This document shows positions 56,649 through 64,000 of a stretch of DNA of 64,000 bases, piece after piece; positions within the stretch are counted from its first letter, which is position 1, and each line of letters begins with the position of its first letter. The notes beneath the pieces were generated by a model, which saw nothing but the letters and a program-made list of their open reading frames with translations, ran no database searches and was not told the origin of the DNA. Source of the stretch: Squalus acanthias (lineage: Eukaryota); assembly GCA_030390025.1 (NCBI GenBank), contig CM059432.1, forward strand, positions 45,448,001 through 45,512,000, in the 5' to 3' direction. Both the position numbers and the translations under genes were made by a program.

Positions 56649-56854
56649 GGGTTAATTTTCCAACTTTGCACTTGCATCAGGAAACCTCTTCCAGCAACAA
56701 CACATGCCGGAAATGTTGGTGCGCACTGTGCATGAACCCCCAACCATTCAAATTAATTGTCAGCAAATCATGTGCAGCATACATTAGAATTTCTGTTATG
56801 CGATGGCGGTGGATGAGAATCCCTGGTACCAGCAAGAAGTTGGAAAATTGCCCC
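56649..56854. mobile_element. Small Harbinger-like MITE (about 206 bp) between the NBN and OSGIN2 stop codons
   Basis: TIR GGGTTAATTTTCCAACTT/AAGTTGGAAAATTGCCCC with 2 mismatches. Confidence 0.7.
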
Positions 56855-57675
56855 TAAGAGCTTCAGTATACGTGTACAGATACTGATTTTCATCTCCCTG
56901 CTGGTACAGTGGTGTCCCTTATGGAGAAATTGATCTGTGATTTTCACGCCACTTCCAGCTCTATTATAAATATTCCAATATAAATATTCTAAATTGTCAG
57001 TATAATTTCTCATCAGATGAAGAAATCTGTGCAATCAGAATTCTTTGAGAGAAGTTTGACATTTGGAGATCTTTAGATGCTTTAGGAATGTTCAAAAAGC
57101 AACCATACAAGTATTGTAAAATTGTCCTAGACAGCATAATTGTGGTTGGAAACACTTACAATTACTGAAATATTCTACACCTTATTGTCTATTGAGCACA
57201 ATATACAAAGGAACATTTGGCTCACTGAAAATAATAGACCATCAAATGAAGTGGAGGAAGAAAATAGATGGGCAGAAGGCCAAAGCACCAAGTAATTCTG
57301 ACATGAGATTTTAATTTTGCAATCATTTTTATGTGCACATTTCTTTTCACAGTTTGACTGTATTTTAATATCCAGTTCTAATGATGGATTTCTGTGAATG
57401 GACTTGCCTGTACCTTGTTGGTTGTTTGCTAAGTTCATTGCCACTTGTTGCAAAAAGAAATGTGCACATTTTTAATTTTTGGAGAGTGGTAATGTTACTA
57501 CTGAGTATATATTGACTGCTAACTGAACTATTTCCTCCACTCCATTATCAAAATAATGAACTGGACCTTCACTGACTTATTTGTATCCTGAATTTGTTGT
57601 TAAAAAAAGACTGCTGTTGGTGACTTTTGGTTGTAACTATAACAGCTCTAAGTTCATCATTAATCCTAAACTTTG

Positions 57676-58711
57676 CTACCCATCATCACCTCCTATTTCA
57701 GAAATTAACTGTCCCTTTTTCTTCAAGCGTTTCACTAAACAACTTGTGATGCCCAGAGCTCCACCTTTAAGAAAGCGGACAAAGTTGTCCCCAATTAATG
57801 GGCCCATACTAAAGAAGCTAGCCTCTTTGGTACACTCAAATGTATAGGGATCAATGTCAATGGGGTTTCGCTTACATGAAATGGGCTTACTGGGATCTAT
57901 TCCCAAGTACTTTCCATGCTCTTTAAGAAAGGATAGATTAGGGTAAGTACCTATCAGCACCAGGGCCATTGAGATATTTAGGACTGTGTTCCCTCCTGAG
58001 GCACTCTGAAGAATGCATTTCCTATCTGGTTGGAAAGAAACAATGCAGTTTTCAGGAAAGCTTGTGTAGTTAGGGTATGAGGTTGTGGTGTAGGACTGAT
58101 TGCACATCTTGTGATAAACCTTGTGATATTCTGGATAAAGCTTCTTAGGAAGCTGTTTAAAGATCAAGCCTGGGTCAGTGACACTTCTTCGGAATGTGTG
58201 AATAACAGGGATATTGTGGTGGTAGGCACACAGTACTGCATCTGCTGCAGTCAACCCTGCCCCAACAATGAGAACAGGATCTGATGTCTGGTTGACTTTG
58301 CAGCTTTTGATGGCAGATTCAAAGGCTGAGATGCTGTGAAATACAAAAGGCAAGTCTTCACCCTCTACTCCCAACCTTGCAGGTAAATCGTAGGTGCCAG
58401 TGGCTAAGACAACACTCTCAGAGAAAAGGCAAAAAGGCACATGCGATCCATCTCCAATTTTCTGATATCCTCTGACTTCCCAAAGGCTGTGAGCTAGTCC
58501 ATTTTCAGTAGTAGGCAGCTGCTGTGTGGTAATGTCCATTTTGACACTCTTAGGCATTTTCTCCTTTACATTCTCTTGATCTTGCTGCAACTTTGAGACA
58601 GAAGTGACGTGAGTGTTGTCAACAAAGTTTTTCTGAAGTCCCATAATCTTAACGTAGTCTTTATAATATGAAGCTATTTCTTCTGGAGTTGCTCTGTCAT
58701 TCATTAGGTTT
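57676..58711 (-). CDS. OSGIN2: OSGIN2 last coding exon (oxidative stress-induced growth inhibitor 2, flavoprotein oxidoreductase-like)
   Basis: 342-aa ORF with VVLATGT, VLIVGAGLTAADA, YPEYHKVY and GPLIGDNFVRFLKGGALG; acceptor caacag|A AAC CTA; TAG at 57676-57678. Convergent with NBN, which favours OSGIN2 over OSGIN1. Confidence 0.93.
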
Positions 58712-59414
58712 CTGTTGAAAAAAATACTTAGATTAAATACAAACTATGACCAGGTCACCTGACCATTAATGTTTGATTGTAGTTGCTTCTGTTATCAGTC
58801 TAACAATTGGTACACTATAAACTATTAAATTAATTTAATGATTCTTAAAGGATTAGTATGGTGCAAGTCTTTAATCTCCTCATGTTGCATTTGAGCAAAG
58901 TTCGTTTTGTTGTTCCAATGCATTTGATCATTACTGGAGCCAAATGTTGCACAGAATTCAGCCTTCTTAAAAAGTGTCACTAAGCACTTTAAAGTACAAA
59001 ATCCATTCAAACATTCTTAATTGTAAGTAACAATGAGGGTGGTTAGATGAACAATATTTCTTCTGAAGGCCTAAATGTTATGGGTAAAACAAATCACCAG
59101 TTCAAACATACTCAATGCCTTATTTTAAATATTCCCAACCTTTTCAAGGGGTTTCCTGTAATGGAAATAACTATTTGAAAATCTCCAATGGTGAGAACAC
59201 TGCATGATTTAGGTAAATAATTATTGCTGCATTTAAACTTCATGGAGCTGATTGTAGGTGATGTTTGTATTGTGTGGGTTTTCAAATGCAGTTATAGTTT
59301 GCCAAGAATATTTTTAACATTTGTGCTGTGTAATGTTTAATTAAAAAATACAGATAAAAATGGCAATACAAATACTAGGCATGAGACCGTACAACCTCTA
59401 TATCTGAACACTTG

Positions 59415-60116
59415 TTCCCACTATGCTGCTAGTATCCGCTCCATCACCAAGACTGCCTACTTCCACCTTCATAACACTGCCCATCCTCACCCCTGCCTCA
59501 GCTCATCTGCTGCTGAAACCCTCATCCATGTCTTTGTTACCTCCAGAATTGACTATTCTAATGCTCTCCTGGCCGGTCCTCCCATCTTCCACTCTCCATA
59601 AACTTAAGCTCATCCAAAACTCTGCTGCCCGTATGCTAACTCGCACCAAGTACTGTTCACCGATCACCTCTGTGCTCGCTGACATGCATTGGCTCCCGGT
59701 TCAGCAACGCATCAATTTAAAAATTCTCATCTTGTTTGCAAATTCCTCCATGGCCTCGCCCCTCTCTATCTTTGTAATCTCTTCCAGTCCCACATTCTTC
59801 CGAAATCTCGGAGCTCCTCCGGTTCTGGCCTCTTGTGCATCCCTGATTTTAATCACTCCAACATTGGCAGCTGTGCCTTCAGCTGCCTAGGCCCTAAGCG
59901 CTGGAATTCCCTCCCTAAACCTCTCTGACTCTCTACCCCTCTCTCCTCCTTTAAGACGCTCTTTAAAACGTATCTCTTTGACCAAGCTTTTGGTCACCTG
60001 TCCTAACATCTCCTTATGTGGCTCGGAGTCAAATTTTATTTGATAACGTTCCTGTGAAGTGCCTTAGGACATTTTATTACATTACAGGTGCTACATAACA
60101 GCAAATTGTTGTTGTA
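59415..60116 (+). mobile_element. L2-clade LINE 3' fragment in OSGIN2 intron
   Basis: IQNSAARMLTRT, MHWLPV; (gtt)n tail. Confidence 0.88.
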
Positions 60117-60879
60117 GTAATCGAGGGATATTTGTGTAATGATGTTGCCTGTTTTTAACAGAGATCTGGCACATCAACAATTTCAGCAAGATATCATTGC
60201 TTTCCTAATTTTTAGTGGAAACTAACTATATGTTCATAAACATTAATTTACCCTTTTAAAAAGACTGATTTCATAGACTCCCTTGTTACTTCTGAGGTTT
60301 TTTTTAAAAAATGAACGTTCCAGGTAATGTCCACGTAACTTTAACCAATATGGTTTTGGGTGATGACTTGTCATTTCTAAACTCATCAGATTTGTTGACA
60401 AATTCATATCTTGTAGTCTTTTCAAAAATAGGCATGGTAGGAAGCCTGTGCGTCTGTGAACACAGTCCAGCACATAGCATAAATGAGCACATTATGGATG
60501 TTTTCACCAAACAAATAAGTTCCTTTTATCAGGCTGGATTAATTTTGAGGAGGAGCAGTGAGCAATATTGAAAGAATGAAATCACCATTAGCAACTGGCA
60601 GGGCTGTTCAAAACATTAATAGATAAAATTTCACGAACAATAAGTGAATAAAGATTTGAATGAGGTAGCTATAGAAGCTAATCCTCTCCACATCCACATT
60701 TGATTGAATGTGGGAGGATCAAATTAAAATACTGCACGCTATGTAATGATTTTGAAATAATATCTCCCCTCTCTGGGAATGTTGGAATGTTGGAGTGCCT
60801 GGGGCATCGGAAGGATGTTGCTATATGGGGAAGAATTTGCTGTTCCTGTGTCTAGGGCCACTGGATTACCATTAAGTGA

Positions 60880-61600
60880 TTGAAAAATCGGACAGGCTCC
60901 GTCATCGGCATGTGCCCTTTCCCACTTGAATTTCCTGTATTCACTGTGCTCAGGCGATCCAGCAGATGCAGGAAGAGGAAAATTGGCTCCATGGGGATTG
61001 ATTTTCCTGGAACTCCTCCACCCCTGTGCTGAAGAGAAGCATCACACACAAAGTGAACTGCACCTATCCAGGCCCAGGTGTGCCAGCATTTCCTATCCTG
61101 GCCGTTAACATAGTAGGAGAGGAAATGGGCACCAATGACACAGGCCCACTGCCTGGCGCTGCAGTCTGAGAGATGAGCACCAACTGTAAGCCCTCAAAGC
61201 CCGAAGGTCGCTTGGTAACTATACAAAATTTGAAGCTTACCTGTTGAGGTTCTCTTTGGTTTGCTGCCAGCCTGAGGGAGGTTCCAGATGCAAACCTGAA
61301 GAAAAATTGTGTTGGGCAACCCTGCATCTGGGTGCCCCACAGGCGAAAAAAGAGACGGCTGGCTGGGAACACCTTATTATCAGGACATCATTGGGCCTGT
61401 GCTTATTGCAGCCATTCCCCTCCGGGGAAGCTCTGGAATCGTAAGGCAATGTAAAGGAGGTAGAAACTTGATATGACTAGCCTTCACCACTTCTTTCCTG
61501 ACCTTGCACCTAAAGAATGTGCATTCCCCAGGGACAAGCCTAAGGAAAATTGGCTTTATGGACAAGATAACTGGGATATTTTCCAATATGAACATGTAAT
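60880..61600 (-). pseudogene. Possible very old Harbinger transposase remnant
   Basis: Collinear weak motifs IFL.L...EC....RKEVV, AVSFFACG, YYVN and VCDA. Confidence 0.4.
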
Positions 61601-62357
61601 ACCCAGGCTGTGACTGAATCTGGAAAAATACCAAGCAGTTTGTCTCCACTGATCAACCACAAGCACTTCATCCTCAACTCCAAAGAGAAACCCCACCCTC
61701 ATCCTGTTCTGAAGTTAACTCAAGCAGCTGAGGCAAGAAAAAGCAAAACAATTCAAATTCTAGTACACCCCCTCCGCAAGCTTTCAGCCAATACAACAGG
61801 ACATCCAAGCCACAATAAAATACTCTCCTGGTGCACCTCAAATAATAACTTCCATGACCAAAGCCCTTACTTACAAATGGCTAGCATGCCTTTCCAATGC
61901 AAATTATTCAACCCTTAATTGTCACTCTTTTGGCTCAAAATATAATTGGATGGCTTTTCAAACTGCTGTGTGCCTTCTAACTATCAATTTATAAAAATGT
62001 TTTGAAGGACTGGCTTTCCTACTGATGACATAGACCATCAGGAAAATATATCTATGACTAAAGTGCATGCTAATTTAATGCTTGGCCTTTTTCAAAGAAA
62101 AACATATGTTCAGCCAGGCTTTAAACAATTTTTTGTATTAATATGTCTGAAGAGTAGAAATATGCAGAAGTCAATTCTTAGAATCCAGATCCAAGAAGAA
62201 CCTTTCGATTAACTACACATTACTAGACATTTCATTTGGGTTAACAGTTGACAGAGCTTTCATTTTCTACAAAGGGTACACTTCCCCATGTACAAAATTA
62301 TCTTAAGTACTACTTTGAAGAGATTTTCTTGGCAAATATTTTACAAATTATTTGTAC

Positions 62358-62449
62358 CTCCATTTATTGTTGGTCCAGTCTTTCAATTTCAATCCAGGTA
62401 GCTCCATCCAGTTGTCCAGACTAATCGTTAACATGGACCCTTTCATTAC
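62358..62449 (-). CDS. OSGIN2: OSGIN2 penultimate coding exon (92 nt)
   Basis: ttttag|GTA ATG AAA...TGG AG|gtacaa; VMKGSMLTISLDNWMELPGLKLKDWTNNKWR; phase matches the last exon. Confidence 0.92.
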
Positions 62450-62747
62450 CTAAAAAAATGTAACATTATTTTTATTGAGAGACCAAGTGAAGGGCCAGAC
62501 CTGTAATGGAGATAGCACTAAGGTTGAAAAAAGTAAGAGATCAAGTAAATTATAAAAATATTCATCAAGTGATGCCAAGCTTGGGTTTTAGAAGCCTGAA
62601 AGTTGGAGGAGGAAGGAAATACTAAGAGAGGTAAGGAGTTACACTAAAAGTTTTGAGGACCTAAGAATGAATGAGTTACAGTAGGAGGCTATATTATAAA
62701 TCTTGATTTCAACATGGAAAATATAGGCCAAGATATCTGCTCCCATC

Positions 62748-63035
62748 TAATTCTGGTCTCTTGAGCATCCCTGATTTAAATCGTTCAACCATTGGTGGCC
62801 ATGTCTTCAAATGCCTAGGCCCTAAGCTCTGGAATTCCATCCCTAAACCTCTCCGCCTCTCTCTCCTCCTTTAAGACACTCCTTAAAACCTACCTTTTTG
62901 ACCAAGCTTTTCAACATCTGCCCTAATTTCTCCTTAAGTGGCTCAGTGTCAAATGTTCTTTTATCACACTCCTGTGAAGCGCCGTGGGACATTTTAATGT
63001 ACTATGTTAAAGGCATAACATGAATACAAGTTGTA
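62748..63035 (+). mobile_element. L2-clade LINE 3' tail
   Basis: ggccctaagctctggaattcc..cctaaacctctccgcctc...gaatacaagttg. Confidence 0.85.
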
Positions 63036-64000
63036 GGAGGAACAACAGTGTGTAGAATGGAAAGAGGTGTGAGAGCAATATTAAAAGTTTGGCAGACTTG
63101 GGTTTTATAAAGAGTTAAGGGTTGTGAGGGAAAAGAAGTATTTAGAACAAAAGAAGAATTTTAGTAGTGGAGGATACACGAGAGTTCCATTTGAGGTTGA
63201 GTAGATAATACAGCCAAAAATGTTGATAGATGAAGAAGGACTAAGAGTGGACCCATCAAAGGTGGGAAACAATAGCTGTTGGTTAGAGATGCAAGAAACT
63301 GAAGGGAACCAGGGAACCAATATTCTGCATCCCTTCTGACATGCTCCCATCATAAATCCAGTGGGAGTGCAACAGAATGGCTGTTAATTAGGCTGAATAC
63401 ATTGATCCTGGCCTTTCTCAGCAGTTTCCATGCAGACTTGATTGGGTCAGAGCCTCCACATCTCCAAAATACAGAGTCAGAGGGGGTGTGGCTGAGGAAA
63501 GGGAATTAAAAGCTTGCTTGTGTGGCCCACCTGGAGCTCCAGGCATGGGACATAGCCTGGATCCCAAAGACTTTAAAACTATCTGGCAAATTTGCAGCTC
63601 CTTTATAAAGGGGGCTGATGAACACACTGGCAGCAACTTTCCTACACTCCGCATTAATATTCCTGGCCTCGCCTCTCTGACAGGTGGCCAAGATATCTCC
63701 GTAATGGAGCAGCCACCTACCACAGGCATTATAATGAGTATATTTCAGTGGGAACAACACCAGAGGTAACCAGTGGGTTGTTCCAAGCACTTAAGCTGGG
63801 GTAAAAGGCTACAGATTTTTGAGACACAGTTTTTCATTGACCCATTGTAGAAAATCAAGATGCAATGATTCAGCCATTTCACTGCAAGGGGACTGGAGAC
63901 CGTTAATACAGATAAATGTAGCATGATGCACTGGGTAGGAGCAACTCCACGCATGTGTATACCAAGCAGGGTTGTGTGGTCAAGATTGCTGAGCGGGTGA

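Noticed and set aside
57670..57678. Programmed readthrough at the OSGIN2 TAG-CAA
   Set aside because: The context TAG CAA AGT does not fit the CAR-YYA readthrough motif.
63400..64000. Possible further OSGIN2 exon or MITE near the window end
   Set aside because: No OSGIN-like peptide or paired TIRs found.

Overview
This is vertebrate genomic DNA, most likely from a cartilaginous fish; that is inferred from the CR1/HER1-like tails, Deu-domain SINEs and many GGG...CCC MITEs. The + strand carries an intact NBN (nibrin/NBS1) gene from exon 2 to the stop codon in exon 16 (1033-53657). All 15 exons have GT-AG boundaries and a continuous phase; exon 1 lies upstream of the window. The - strand carries the last two coding exons of OSGIN2, tail-to-tail with NBN as in mammals. 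The introns are packed with CR1, L2 and Crack-like LINEs, SINEs, Penelope-like element (PLE) fragments, PIF/Harbinger elements and MITEs, and one Tc1/mariner-type MITE. I found no clearly new system. The most interesting signals are: (i) minimal hammerhead-ribozyme motifs in the PLE termini; (ii) a Harbinger element in NBN intron 14 whose spliced Myb/SANT gene has two open exons in phase with NBN exon 14; (iii) CR1-to-PLE fusion junctions; (iv) a co-varying hairpin shared by MITE copies. Repeat boundaries are approximate unless TIR/TSD evidence is given. Family names come from motif recognition, not database searches.
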